From NCBI GenBank assembly GCA_040954595.2, contig CM082588.2:11235398-11299397 (forward strand): 64,000 nucleotides of DNA, read 5' to 3'. This document shows, in pieces, positions 24,801-38,330 of this stretch. Each line of letters begins with the position of its first letter. The stretch's first letter is position 1. The notes beneath the pieces were generated by a model, which worked only from the letters and a program-made list of their open reading frames with translations, was not told the DNA's origin and did not search any database. The stretch comes from Balanoglossus misakiensis. Lineage: Eukaryota; Animalia; Hemichordata. Made by a program: the position numbers and the translations under genes.

Positions 24801-27800
24801 AAAAATCATGGGGGAAAATCATGAAAAAATGACAAATTTTCCTCTGCAAAATCTCAAAATTTCGTCGATTTTTAAAAAAAGACATGGGTGAAAATCATCA
24901 AAAAATAACAAATTTTCGACTTTGCAAAATCTCAAAATTTCGTCCATTTTTGAAAAAAAATCATGGGTAAAAATCATCAAAAAATGACAAATTTTCGTCT
25001 TTGCAAAATCTCACAATTTCGTCGATTTTTGAAAAAAATCATGTGTGAAAATCATCAAAAAATGACAAATTTTCGACTTTGCAAAATCTCAAAATTTCGT
25101 CAATTTTTGAAAAAATCATGGGTGAAAATCATCAAAAAATGACAAATTTTCGTCTTTGCAAAATCTCAAAATTTCGTCCATTTTAAAAAAAAAACGGTGG
25201 AAAATCATCAAAAAATGACAAATTTTCGACTTTGCAAAATCTCAAAATTTCGTCGATTTTTGAAAAAAAATCATGGGTGAAAATCATCAAAAAATGACAA
25301 ATTTTCGACTTTGCAAAATCTCAAAATTTCGTCAATTTTTGAAAAAATCATGGGTGAAAATCATCAAAAAATGACAAATTTTCGTCTTTGCAAAATCTCA
25401 AAATTTCGTCGGTTTTTGAAAAATAATATGGGTGAAAATCATCAAAAAATGACAAATTTTTGACTGCAAAATCTCAAAATTTCGTCGATTTTTGAAAAAA
25501 ATCATGGGTGAAAATCATCAAAAAATGACAAATTTTCGACTTTGCAAAATCTCAAAATTTCGTCGGTTTTGAAAAAAATCATGGGTTCGTCGATTTTTTT
25601 AAATAAAAACGGGTAAAAATCATCAAAAAATGACAAATGTTCGACTTTGCAAAATCTAAAAATTTCGTCGATTTTTGAAAAAAAATCATGGTGAAAATCA
25701 TCAAAAAATGACAAATTTTCGTCTTTGCAAAATCTCAAAATTTCGTCCATTTTTGAAAAAAAATCATGGGTAAAAATCATCAAAAATGACAAATTTTCGA
25801 CTTTGCAAAATCTCAAAATTTTGTTGATTTTTGAAAAAAATCATAGGTGAAAATCATCAAAAAATGACAAATTTTCGACTTTGCAAAATCTCAAAATTTC
25901 GTCGATTTTTGAAGAAAATCATGGGTGAAAATCATCAAAAAATGACAAATTTTGAAAAAAAAAAAGGTGAAAATCATCAAAAAATGACAAATTTTCGATT
26001 TTGCAAAATCTCAAAATTTCGTCGATTTTTGAAAAAAAACGGGTGAAAATCATCAAAAAATGACACATTTTCGTCGACTTTGCAAAATCTCAAAATTTCG
26101 TAGATTTTTGAAAAAAATCATGGGGGAAAATCATGAAAAAAATGACAAATTTTCCTCTTTGCAAAATCTCAAAATTTCGTCGATTTTTAAAAAAAGACGG
26201 GTGAAAATCATCAAAAAATAACAAATTTTCGACTTTGCAAAATCTCAAAATTTCGTCCATTTTTGAAAAAAAATCATGGGTGAAAATCATCAAAAAATGA
26301 CACATTTTCGTCGACTTTGCAAAATCTCAAAATTTCGTCGATTTTTGAAAAAAATCATGGGGGAAAATCATGAAAAAATGACAAATTTTCCTCTTTGCAA
26401 AATCTCAAAATTTCGTCGATTTTTAAAAAAAGACATGGGTGAAAATCATCAAAAAATAACAAATTTTCGACTTTGCAAAATCTCAAAATTTCGTCCATTT
26501 TTGAAAAAAAATCATGGGTAAAAATCATCAAAAAATGACAAATTTTCCTCTTTGCAAAATCTCAAAATTTCGTCGATTTTTGAAAAAAAATCATGGGTGA
26601 AAATCATCAAAAAATGACAAATTTTCGTCTTTGCAAAATCTCAAAATTTCGTCCATTTTTGAAAAAAAATCATGGGTAAAAATCATCAAAAATGACAAAT
26701 TTTCGTCTTTGCAAAATCTCAAATTTTCGTCGATTTTTGAAAAAAAATCATGGTTGAAAATCATCAAAAAATGACAAAATTTTCGACTTTGTAAAATCAC
26801 AAAATTTCGTCGATTTTGAAAAAAATCATAGGTTCGTCGATTTTTTAAAAAAAAACATGGGTGAAAATCATCAAAAAATGATAAATTTTCGACTTTGCAA
26901 AATCTCAAAATTTCGTCGATTTTTGAAGAAAATCAAGGGTGAAAATCATCAAAAAATGACAAAATTTTCGACTTTGTAAAATCACAAAATTACGTCGATT
27001 TTGAAACAAATCATAGGTTCGTCGATTTTTTTAAAAAAAACATTGGTGAAAATCATCAAAAAATGACAAATTTTGAAAAAAAAACGGGTGAAAATCATCA
27101 AAAAATGACACATTTACGACTTTGCAAAATCTCAAAATTTCGTCGATTTTTGAAAAAAAACCGGGTGAAAATCATCAAAAAATGACACATTTACGACTTT
27201 GCAAAATCTCAAAATTTCGTCGATTTTTGAAAAAAAATCATGGGTGAAAATCATCAAAAAATGACACATTTTCGTCGACTTTGCAAAATCTCAAAATTTC
27301 GTCGATTTTTGAAAAAAATCATAGGTTCGTCGATTTTTTAAAAAAAAACATGGGTGAAAATCATCACAAAATGACAAATTTTGAAAAAAAAACGGGTGAA
27401 AATCATCAAAAAATGACACATTTACGACTTTGCAAAATCTCAAAATTTCGTCGATTTTTGGAAAAAAACCATGGCTGAAAATCATGAAAAAATGACTAAT
27501 TTTCCTCTTTGCAAAATCTCAAAATTTCGTCGATTTTTGAAAAAAAATCATTGGTGAAAATCATCAAAAAATGACAAATTTTCGTCTTTGCAAAATCTCA
27601 AAATTTCGTCCATTTTTGAAAAAAAATCATGGGTAAAAATCATCAAAAATGACAAATTTTCGTCTTTGCAAAATCTCAAATTTTCGTCGATTTTTGAAAA
27701 AAAATCATGGTTGAAAATCATCAAAAAATGACAAAATTTTCGACTTTGTAAAATCACAAAATTTCGTCGATTTTGAAAAAAATCATAGGTTCGTCGATTT

Positions 27801-30800
27801 TTTAAAAAAAAAACATGGGTGAAAATCATCAAAAAATGACAAATTTTGAAAAAAAACGGGTGAAAATCATCAAAAAATGACACATTTTCGTCGACTTTGC
27901 AAAATCTCAAAATTTCGTCGATTTTTGAAAAAAATCATGGGGGAAAATCATGAAAAAATGACAAATTTTCCTCTTTGCAAAATCTCAAAATTTCGTCGTT
28001 TTTTAAAAAAAGACATGGGTGAAAATCATCAAAAAATAACAAATTTTCGACTTTGCAAAACCTCAAAATTTCGTCCATTTTTGAAAAAAAATCATGGGTA
28101 AAAATCATCATAAAATGACAAATTTTCGTCTTTGCAAAATCTCACAATTTCGTCGATTTTTGAAAAAAATCATGTGTGAAAATCATCAAAAAATGACAAA
28201 TTTTCGACTTTGCAAAATCTCAAAATTTCGTCAATTTTTGAAAAAATCATGGGTGAAAATCATCAAAAAATAACAAATTTTCGTCTTTGCAAAATCTCAA
28301 AATTTCGTCCATTTAAAAAAAAAAACATGGGGGAAAATCATCAAAAAATGACACATTTACGACTTTGCAAAATCTCAAAATTTCGTCGATTTTTGGAAAA
28401 AAAACCATGGGTGAAAATCATGAAAAAATGACAAATTTTCCTCTTTGCAAAATCTCAAAATTTCGTCGATTTTTGAAAAAAAATCATGGGTGAAAATCAT
28501 CAAAAAATGACAAATCTTCGTCATTGCAAAATCTCAAAATTTCGTCCATTTTTGAAAAAAAATCATGGGTAAAATCATCAAAAATGACAAATTTTCGTCT
28601 TTGCAAAATCTCAAATTTTCGTCGATTTTTGAAAAAAAATCATGGTTGAAAATCGTCAAAAAATGACAAAATTTTCGACTTTGTAAAATCACAAAATTTC
28701 GTCGATTTTGAAAAAAATCATAGGTTCGTCGATTTAAAAAAAAAAAAACATGGGTGAAAATCATCAAAAAATGACAAATTTTGAAAAAAAACGGGTGAAA
28801 ATCATCAAAAAATGACACATTTTCGTCGTCTTTGCAAAATCTCACAATTTCGTCGATTTTTGAAAAAAATCATGTGTGAAAATCATCAAAAAATGACAAA
28901 TTTTCGACTTTGCAAAATCTCAAAATTTCGTCAATTTTTGAAAAAATCATGGGTGAAAATCATCAAAAAATAACAAATTTTCGTCTTTGCAAAATCTCAA
29001 AATTTCGTCAATTTTTGAAAAAATCATGGGTGAAAATCATCAAAAAATGACAAATTTTCGTCTTTGCAAAATCTCAAAATTTCGTCGGTTTTTGAAAAAT
29101 AATATGGGTGAAAATAATCAAAAAATGACAAATTTTTGACTGCAAAATCTCAACATTTCGTCGATTTTTGAAAAAAATCATGGGTGAAAATCATCAAAAA
29201 ATGACAAATTTTCGACTTTGCAAAATCTCAAAATTTCGTCAATTTTTGAAAAAATCATGGGTGAAAATCATCACAAAATGACAAATTTTGAAAAAAAACG
29301 GGTGAAAATCATCAAAAAATGACAAATTTTCGTCTTTGCAAAATCTCAAAATTTCGTCCATTTTAAAAAAAAAACGGGGGAAAATCATCAAAAAATGACA
29401 AATTTTCGACTTTGCAAAATCTCAAAATTTCGTCAATTTTTGAAAAATCATTGGTGAAAATCATCAAAAAATGACAAATTTTCGTCTTTGCAAAATCTCA
29501 AAATTTCGTCGGTTTTTAAAAAATAATATGGGGGAAAATCATCAAAAAATGACAAATTTTTGACTGCAAAATCTCAACATTTAGTCGATTTTTGAAAAAA
29601 ATCATGGGTGAAAATCATGAAAAAATGACACATTTTGGACTTTGAAAAATCTAAAAATTTCGTCGATTTTTGAAAAAAAATCATGGGTGAAAATCATCAA
29701 AAAATGACACATTTTCGACTTTGCAAAATCTCAACATTTCGTCGATTTTTGAAAAAAATCATGGGTGAAAATCATCAAAAAATGACAAATTTTCGACTTT
29801 GCAAAATCTCACAATTTCGTCGATTTTTGAAAAAATCATGGGTGAAAATCATCAAAAAATGACAAATTTTCGACTTTGCAAAATCTCAAAATTTCGTCGA
29901 TTTTGAAAAAAACCATTGGGGGAAAATCATCAAAAAATGACAAATTTTCGATTTTGCAAAATCTCAAAATTTCGTCGATTTTTGAAAAAAATCAGGGTTG
30001 AAAATCATCAAAAAATGACAAAATTTTCGACTTTGCAAAATCACAAAATTTCGTCGATTTTGAAAAAAATCATAGGTTCGTCGATTTTTAAAAAAAAAAC
30101 ATGGGTGAAAATCATCAAAAAATGACACATTTTCGACTTTGTAAATCTCACAATTTCGTCGATTTTGAAAAAAATCATAGGTTCGTCGATTTTTTAAAAA
30201 AAACATGGGTGAAAATCATCACAAAATGACAAATTTTGAAAAAAAAACGGGTGAAAATCATCAAAAAATGACAAATTTTCGACTTTGCAAAATCTCAAAA
30301 TTTCGTCAATTTTTGAAAAAATCATGGGTGAAAATCATCACAAAATGACAAATTTTGAAAAAAAAACGGGTGAAAATCATCAAAAAATGACAAATTTTCG
30401 TCTTTGCAAAATCTCAAAATTTCGTCCATTTTAAAAAAAAAAACGGGGGAAAATCATCAAAAAATGACAAATTTTCGACTTTGCAAAATCTCAAAATTTC
30501 GTCAATTTTTGAAAAAATCATTGGTGAAAATCATCAAAAAATGACAAATTTTCGTCTTTGCAAAATCTCAAAATTTCGTCGGTTTTTAAAAAATAATATG
30601 GGTGAAAATCATCAAAAAATGACAAATTTTCGACTTTGCAAAATCTCAAAATTTCGTCGGTTTTTGAAAAATAATATGGGTGAAAATCATCAAAAAATGA
30701 CAAATTTTCGATTTTGCAAAATCTCAAAATTTCGTCCATTTTTGAAAAAAATCATGGGTAAAAATCATCAAAAAATGACAAATTTTCGTCTTTGCAAAAT

Positions 30801-33800
30801 CTCAAAATTTCGTCCATTTAAAAAAAAAACATGGGGGAAAATCATCAAAAAATGACAAATTTTCGACTTTGCAAAATTACAAAATTTCGTCGATTTTGAA
30901 AAAAATCATAGGTTCGTCGATTTTTAAAAAAAAAACATGGGTGAAAATCATCAAAAAATGACAAAATTTTCGACTTTGTAAAATTACAAAATTTCGTCGA
31001 TTTTGAAAAAAATCATAGGTTCGTCGATTTAAAAAAAAAAAAACATGGGTGAAAATCATCAAAAAATGACAAATTTTCGACTTTGCAAAATCTCAAAATT
31101 TCGTCGATTTTTGAAAAAAAATCATGGGTAAAAATCATCAAAAAATGACACATTTTCGATTATGCAAAATCTCAAAATTTCGTCGATTTTTGAAAAAAAA
31201 TCATGGGTGAAAATCATGAAAAAATGACACATTTTCGACTTTGAAAAATCTAAAAATTTCGTCGATTTTTGAAAAAAAATCATGGGTAAAAATCATCAAA
31301 AAATGACAAATTTTCGTCTTTGCAAAATCTTAAAATTTCGTCGATTTTTGAAAAAAATCATGGGTGAAAATCATCAAAAAATGACAAATTTTCGACTTTG
31401 CAAAATCTCAAAATTTCGTCAATTTTTGAAAAAATCATGGGTAAAAATCATCAAAAAATGACAAATTTTCGTCTTTGCTAAATCTCAAAATTTCGTCGGT
31501 TTTTGAAAAATAATATGGGTGAAAATCATCAAAAAATGACAAATTTTCGACTTTGCAAAATCTCAAAATTTCGTCGATTTTTGAATAAAAATCATGGGTG
31601 AAAATCATCAAAAAATGACACATTTTCGACTTTGCAAAATCTCAACATTTCGTCGATTTTTGAAAAAAAATCATGGTGAAAATCATCAAAAAATGACAAA
31701 TTTTCGTCTTTGCAAAATCTCAAAATTTCGTCCATTTTTGAAAAAAAATAATGGTTGAAAATCATCAAAAAATGACAAATTTTTGACTTTGCAAAATCTC
31801 AAAATTTCGTTCATTTTTAAAAAAAATCATGGGTGAAAATCATCAAAAAATGACAAATTTTCGATTATGCAAAATCTCAAAATTTCGTCGATTTTGAAAA
31901 AAATCATGGGTTCGTCGATTTTTAAAAAAAAACATTGGTGAAAATCATCAAAATATGACAAATTTTCGACTTTGCAAAATCTCAAAATTTCGTCGATTTT
32001 TGAAAAAATCATGGGTGAAAATCATCAAAAAATGACAAATTTTCAACTTTGCAAAATCTCAAAATTTCGTCGATTTTTGAAAAAAAATCATGGTGAAAAT
32101 CATCAAAAAATGACAAAATTTTCGACTTTGTAAAATCACAAAATTTCGTCGATTTTGAAAAAAATCATAGGTTCGTCTATTTTAAAAAAAAAACATGGTT
32201 GAAAATCATCAAAAAATGACAAATTTTCGACTTTGCAAAATCTCAAAATTTCGTCGATTTTTGAAAAAAAAATCATGGGTGAAAATCATCAAAAAATGAC
32301 AAATTTTCGTCTTTGCAAAATCTCAAAATTTTGTCCATTTTTGAATAAAAATCATGGGTAAAAATCATCAAAAATGACAAATTTTCGTCTTTGCAAAATC
32401 TCAAATTTTCGTCGATTTTTGAAAAAAAATCATGGTTGAAAATCATCAAAAAATGACAAAATTTTCGACTTTGTAAAATCACAAAATTTCGTCGATTTTG
32501 AAAAAAATCATAGGTTCGTCGATTTTTAAAAAAAAACATGGGTGAAAATCATCAAAAAATGACAAATTTTCGACTTTGCAAAATCTCAAAATTTCGTCGA
32601 TTTTTGAAAAAAAATCTTGGGTAAAAATCATCAAAAAATGACACATTTTCGATTATGCAAAATCTCAAAATTTCGTCGATTTTTGAAAAAAAATCATGGG
32701 TGAAAATCATGAAAAAATGACACATTTTCGACTTTGAAAAATCTAAAAATTTCGTCGATTTTTGAAAAAAAAATCATGGGTAAAAATCATCAAAAAATGA
32801 CAAATTTTCGTCTTTGCAAAATCTTAAAATTTCGTCGATTTTTGAAAAAAATCATGGGTGAAAATCATCAAAAAATGACAAATTTTCGACTTTGCAAAAT
32901 CTCAAAATTTCGTCAATTTTTGAAAAAATCATGGGTAAAAATCATCAAAAAATGACAAATTTTCGTCTTTGCTAAATCTCAAAATTTCGTCGGTTTTTGA
33001 AAAATAATATGGGTGAAAATCATCAAAAAATGACAAATTTTCGACTTTGCAAAATCTCAAAATTTCGTCGATTTTTGAATAAAAATCATGGGTGAAAATC
33101 ATCAAAAAATGACACATTTTCGACTTTGCAAAATCTCAACATTTCGTCGATTTTTGAAAAAAAATCATGGTGAAAATCATCAAAAAATGACAAATTTTCG
33201 TCTTTGCAAAATCTCAAAATTTCGTCCATTTTTGAAAAAAAATCATGGGTAAAAATCATCAAAAAATGACAAATTATCGACTTTGCAGAATCACACAATT
33301 TCGTCGATTTTTGAAAAAAATCATGGGTGAAAATCATCAAAAAATTACAAATTTTCGACTTTGCAAAATCTCAAAATTTCGTCGATTTTTGTAAAAAATC
33401 ATGGGTGAAAATCATCAAAAAATGACAAATTTTCGACTTTGCAAAATCTCAAAATTTAGTCGATTTTTGAAAAAAAATCATAGGTGAAAATCATCAAAAA
33501 ATGACAAATTTTCGACTTTGCAAAATCTCAAAATTTCGTCAATTTTTGAAAAAAATCAGGGGTAAAAATCATCAAAAAATGACAAATTTTCGTCTTTGCT
33601 AAATCTCAAAATTTCGTCTGTCTTTGAAAAATAATATTGGTGAAAATCATCAAAAAATGACAAATTTTCGACTTTGCAAAATCTCAAAATTTCGTCCATT
33701 TTTGAAAAAAAATCATGGGTAAAAATCATCAAAAAATGACAAATTTTCGTCTTTGCAAAATCTCAAAATTTCGTTCATTTTAAAAAAAAAACATGGGGGA

Positions 33801-34475
33801 AAATCATCAAAAAATGACAAATTTTCGACTTTGCAAAATCTCAAAATTTCGTCGATTTTGAAAAAAAATAATGGTTGAAAATCATCAAAAAATGACCAAT
33901 TTTCGACTTTGCAAAATCTCAAAATTTCGTCGATTTTTGAAAAAAAATCATGGGTGAAAATCATCAAAAAATGACAAATTTTCGTCTTTGCAAAATCTCA
34001 AAATTTCGTCCATTTTTGAATAAAAATCATGGGTAAAAATCATCAAAAATGACAAATTTTCGTCTTTGCAAAATCTCAAATTTTCGTCGATTTTTGAAAA
34101 AAAATCATGGTTGAAAATCATCAAAAAATGACAACATTTTCGACTTTGTAAAATCACAAAATTTCGTCGATTTTGAAAAAAATCATAGGTTCGTCGATTT
34201 TAAAAAAAAAAACATGGGTGAAAATCATCAAAAAATGACAAATTTTCGACTTTGCAAAATCTCAAAATTTCGTCGATTTTTGAAAAAAAATCATGGGTGA
34301 AAATCATCAAAAAATGACACATTTTCGATTATGCAAAATCTCAAAATTTCGTCGATTTTTGAAAAAAAATCATGGGTGAAAATCATCAAAAAATGACAAA
34401 TTTTCGACTTTGCAAAATCTCAAAATTTCGTCGATTTTTGAAAAAAATCATGGGTGAAAATCATCAAAAAATGAC
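21855..34475. repeat. Satellite DNA array, 78-bp monomer, ~12.6 kb (roughly 160 monomer equivalents)
   Basis: Consensus TTTTCGACTTTGCAAAATCTCAAAATTTCGTCGATTTTTGAAAAAAATCATGGGTGAAAATCATCAAAAAATGACAAA; 26-aa periodicity in spurious ORFs; single orientation; recurrent short and long variants. Confidence 0.98.
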
Positions 34476-35190
34476 CATCAACTGAGTATCATGCAAATAC
34501 TCTGTGCACAGTGGGTAAAGACACATTTGGTTTTTTAGGAGACTTTCATCAGTTGTAGTAAAATACAACGTGACTACACTATATACACCAATGAGAATGG
34601 CCATGTAATTCAGAGAGTGCTTGATATTAAAACTGTTTCATAGTTGTGGCCTTTACTGATGATAATTAGGTTACCATAGATACAAGCCCAATGCAACATG
34701 ACAGGGATAAACATATGCAAAGACAAGATTTAACCCCACCTCCATAATCAAAATACTACCACAGAGGGCGCTATACTATATGACCATCAACTGAGTATCA
34801 TTCAAATACTCTGTGCACAGTGGGTAAAGACACATTTGGTTTTTTAGGAGACTTTCACCAGTTGCAGTAAAATACAACGTGACTACACTATATGCACCAA
34901 TGAGAATGGCCGTGTAATTCAGAGTGCTTGATATTAAAACTGTTTCAAAGCTGTGGCCTTTACTGCTGATAATTAGGTTACCATAGATACAAGTGGAATG
35001 GAACCGGACAGGGATAAACATACAAAGGCTAGGTTAACCCCCCCCCCAAATACTACCACAGAGGGCGCTATACTGATCATCAAGTCTGTACCATTGAAAT
35101 AAATCTGTGCAGAGTGGGTAAATTAGGCATTTGGTTCTTCAGATTTTCATAAGTTGCACTAAAATGCTATGTGGCCCACTACAAGGACAA
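34471..35190. repeat. Diverged ~300-bp tandem repeat, 2 copies plus a partial third, abutting the satellite
   Basis: Units begin ATGACCATCAACTGAGTATCA at 34471 and 34780; both end AAATACTACCACAGAGGGCGCTATACT; third starts ~35074. Confidence 0.85.
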
Positions 35191-36725
35191 ATAAGTCAAA
35201 AATGGCAAATTTGACGTTTACTTTGAGGTTCGCATGGGGCAAACGAGACAATACAAGAACACTGAAACTCAATTAGTGAAACACTAAAGTTGTACTTTAT
35301 TTCTCTAACAAACTTAGAGAAAATTTACATGGCCATCTTTTTACTCAGAGACCTGATGTTGAATAGAAATGTGGTAGTGCAGGTCCACATGAGTGCCGTG
35401 TACTAGCCTCTCTCTCTGCAAATCCATCCACAACTTGCATGCAGATAGTGGGAGTCTGATGTAAGCAACTACTGCAGTTACAGTCAGGACGTAAGTGGGA
35501 TAATTAAACAGCAGGGGATCATGCAATGCAAACACTTGAACTGGCCAGTAACGTTTGAATTGCTCATTTGCATACAGTTTTTCAACTTTTTTCACAACGA
35601 AAGTTAAGCAACTAGCAACCCATTTCTGACAATTATTTCACCCCAGGCACATTACTGGTACTATGAGTGTACTACATGTGATTTTTCATGAAGTTTTATC
35701 GAGAAGAATTTCTTTACTTCCACTGACAAAATTGTGATCACGAAATTCAAAGTGACCTTGAAGTTACAAAAAAAAAATATCAGCCATACCCACACAAAAA
35801 TTAACCCCCTCAGGTTTTAGAAACATTATTAAACTCCTCTATTCATAATTTTGACATGAATATATCCATGCCGAGAGTCAAGGACCACAATTTACTGTGC
35901 CATAGGTCAGTCCTGAGAAGTCAGTCAGCGTGAATAGTGTATAGACTCCGTATGTAATATGCTAATGAGAGATAACGAGCGTTGAAAAGGAAGCCATTAC
36001 GTCATGGGTTAACATGCGTTGACCTACTTCAATGCATACACGGCATGGCAAACACGGCTGTACTCGTCGATGGCGAAGGCAATGTTTACACCGTCATTAC
36101 TCCACAACGGAGCGGCTCACACTATTATAATTTCACGGTAACTTAGTTCAATATCTTCCTAACCTACCCAATTTTTTTCAAGACAAGAAATCTTTGCCGA
36201 GAGTCAAGGACCACAATTTAAACCAACATACCGAAACTGTCTTTCTCGGGAAAGCGTCGTTAAAACTTCACGAAAAATCATCCTATCATTGACTATGGTG
36301 TTTCATACACGTCTTAGAAAAATGGGTGCACTACGATCACTTGTAGTACCGAAAATCTCCGTTTGAAAATTTTTCGAACTGGCCGTAACTGCCACTCAGC
36401 GACTTTCACATTCAAATAGATCTCTTTGATCTCACCGCCGTAATTACCCCACTTACGTCCTGACTGGTTAATACTTACAAAGTGTATTACCTCCAACACC
36501 CCATGGACGGTATCATGTCATCACCAGTAGCTATAGGTTCTTTTAACACCTTGAGAGAAAAAAATGGATTGTTACTGATAGATTACAAAGCACTGACAAT
36601 ACAAGAGGGGGAGGGGTAAGGTTTGTTGAGAGCAGTTGTTTTTTGCTAAACATTAGTGAAAATATGAAATTATTGACATGTAGGATTTCAATTTTATGAT
36701 GTAAGAGTATTTTATAATATCTCAC

Positions 36726-36897
36726 CGGGACTTCAGTTGTCGCTGTAGTATTTAACCCAAGTTTAACTGTGCCACCCACGTCCATGCATGGCAAGGTTTT
36801 CTCTCCCAAAAGTTTCAGTTTGGTATCCCAGTTACCATCAGTTGCACTTACTCCACGCCTTCTAAGTTGAATGCGATTTACCATCACAGGATTCATA
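36726..36897 (-). pseudogene. Degenerate copy of OB-fold exon 3
   Basis: CACAG|TATGAA acceptor and |GTGAG donor; TDGNWDTKLKLLGEKTLPCMDVGGTVKLG-LNTTATTEV aligns with 45363-45569. Confidence 0.7.
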
Positions 36898-37029
36898 CTG
36901 TGGTGCAAAGACAATTAAAAACATCGATTGTAAGTCATTTAGTAGTGATACCATTGTGACCAAACCTCGTTTTAAAATACATGTAATCTGTACTCGAAAC
37001 TATCATTTTTTTCTTTCTAGAATATTAGA

Positions 37030-37357
37030 ACGCGCTCAAAAATAAAAATGCGACCTGTAAGCGAGTGCCGCGTTTCAATTGGTACTGACGATAATCACCG
37101 CCACTCGGAGATAAAATCAACGTTTTTTTTTTTAATGCAAGTGAACACATGGAGGCGGCCATATTGAATTTAGGTTACATCCCAAGACATTCCGACTGGG
37201 CTTCAGGTGGATTCGGGAAAGGTCTCTAAAACATAATCGGTCATCCAATTTTGTATACTAAATTTCTAAAAATGTAGGACATGGGAGGTTAACATACCCA
37301 CAATGACTACACACAAAAAAGGGCCCAGGCGTTTCGGGGTGCGATTGTTACGTACCT
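37030..37357 (-). repeat. Inverted diverged copy of OB-fold gene intron 1
   Basis: Reverse complement begins AAG|GTACGT...AATCGCACCCCGAAAC and matches 37619-37945 and 44946-45178. Confidence 0.8.
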
Positions 37358-37358
37358 T

Positions 37359-38186
37359 AGCTCCATCATCTGCAACCATGCAGCCAAGGAGTGGCAGTGA
37401 AATTGTGCCTCATTGAGGATACAGTCTAGATCCGGAATTCAGCCAACGGCAAACTGTTTAGCGTGCCTTGTATGCACCAGGATGGCAACGTTCTGGAACT
37501 TAAATTCTGGAAAGAAAATCCGAAATAGCTGAACAGATAACAGAAGAGAGAATACATACAGCTCCGCAACTTTTCCACTGGAAGATATAATACCATTTGC
37601 CTCTATGATAGAGCAAAGGTATGTTATAATCGCACCCCGAAACTTATGGGCCTTTTTTTGCCGTAGTCATTTCGGGTATCTTAACCTCCCATCTTCTGCA
37701 TTTTTAGAAATTTACTCTACAAAATTGAATGACCCATTACATTTTAGAGACCTTTCCCGAATTCAACCGAAGCCTAATCGGAAGGTCTTCGGATGTAATC
37801 CAATATGGCAGCCTCCATGCGATCACGTACATTGAAAATCCATTGATTTCATCGCCGATTACCGATGTTTATCGTCAATACCGATTCAAACGCGGCACTC
37901 GTTTACAAGTCGCATTTATTTTTGATCGCGTTCCAATATTTTAAACAAACTAGATTACTGATAAAAATGCTCAAAATTTTTCTTCCAAATGCCACCTTTA
38001 CGGATTCAGTCACACAACTTACAGACTACGCCAAACTTTTTCCAGATCATACCTTGCGGGCGAAAAGCGATGGATATACCTGAAAAATTTGTAACAGAAT
38101 TGTATCATCCGCCACAAATAATGATATCAGAAGTCGAGATATCTCCACAGAAGAAGAGGGTGTGCGTTGTAGGAAAAGTCCATGAT
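37359..38186 (+). pseudogene. OB-fold gene exon 1 (to 37618) and exon 2 (38046-38186)
   Basis: Exon 1: IRNSANGKLFSVPCMHQDGNVLELKFWKE...EYIQLRNFSTGRYNTICLYDRAK|gt (frameshifted). Exon 2: ag|IIPCGRKAMDIPEKFVTELYHPPQIMISEVEISPQKKRVCVVGKVHD|gtgagt, 141 nt, phase 0/0. Confidence 0.7.
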
Positions 38187-38330
38187 GTGAGTACTGTCAA
38201 ATGTTGCACAAATAGCCGTTAAACCTGAAATATAGATTGAAAGTGGATATTGTTTTACACAATTTTTGAACATTGAAGTAAAGTATTAGAATGATGGAAT
38301 CCGATAAAAAAAGTGAGTTGGTAATTTCGG

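Noticed and set aside
21905-34157. Dozens of K/F-rich ORFs
   Set aside because: Translations of the 78-bp satellite, frameshifted at A-run length changes.
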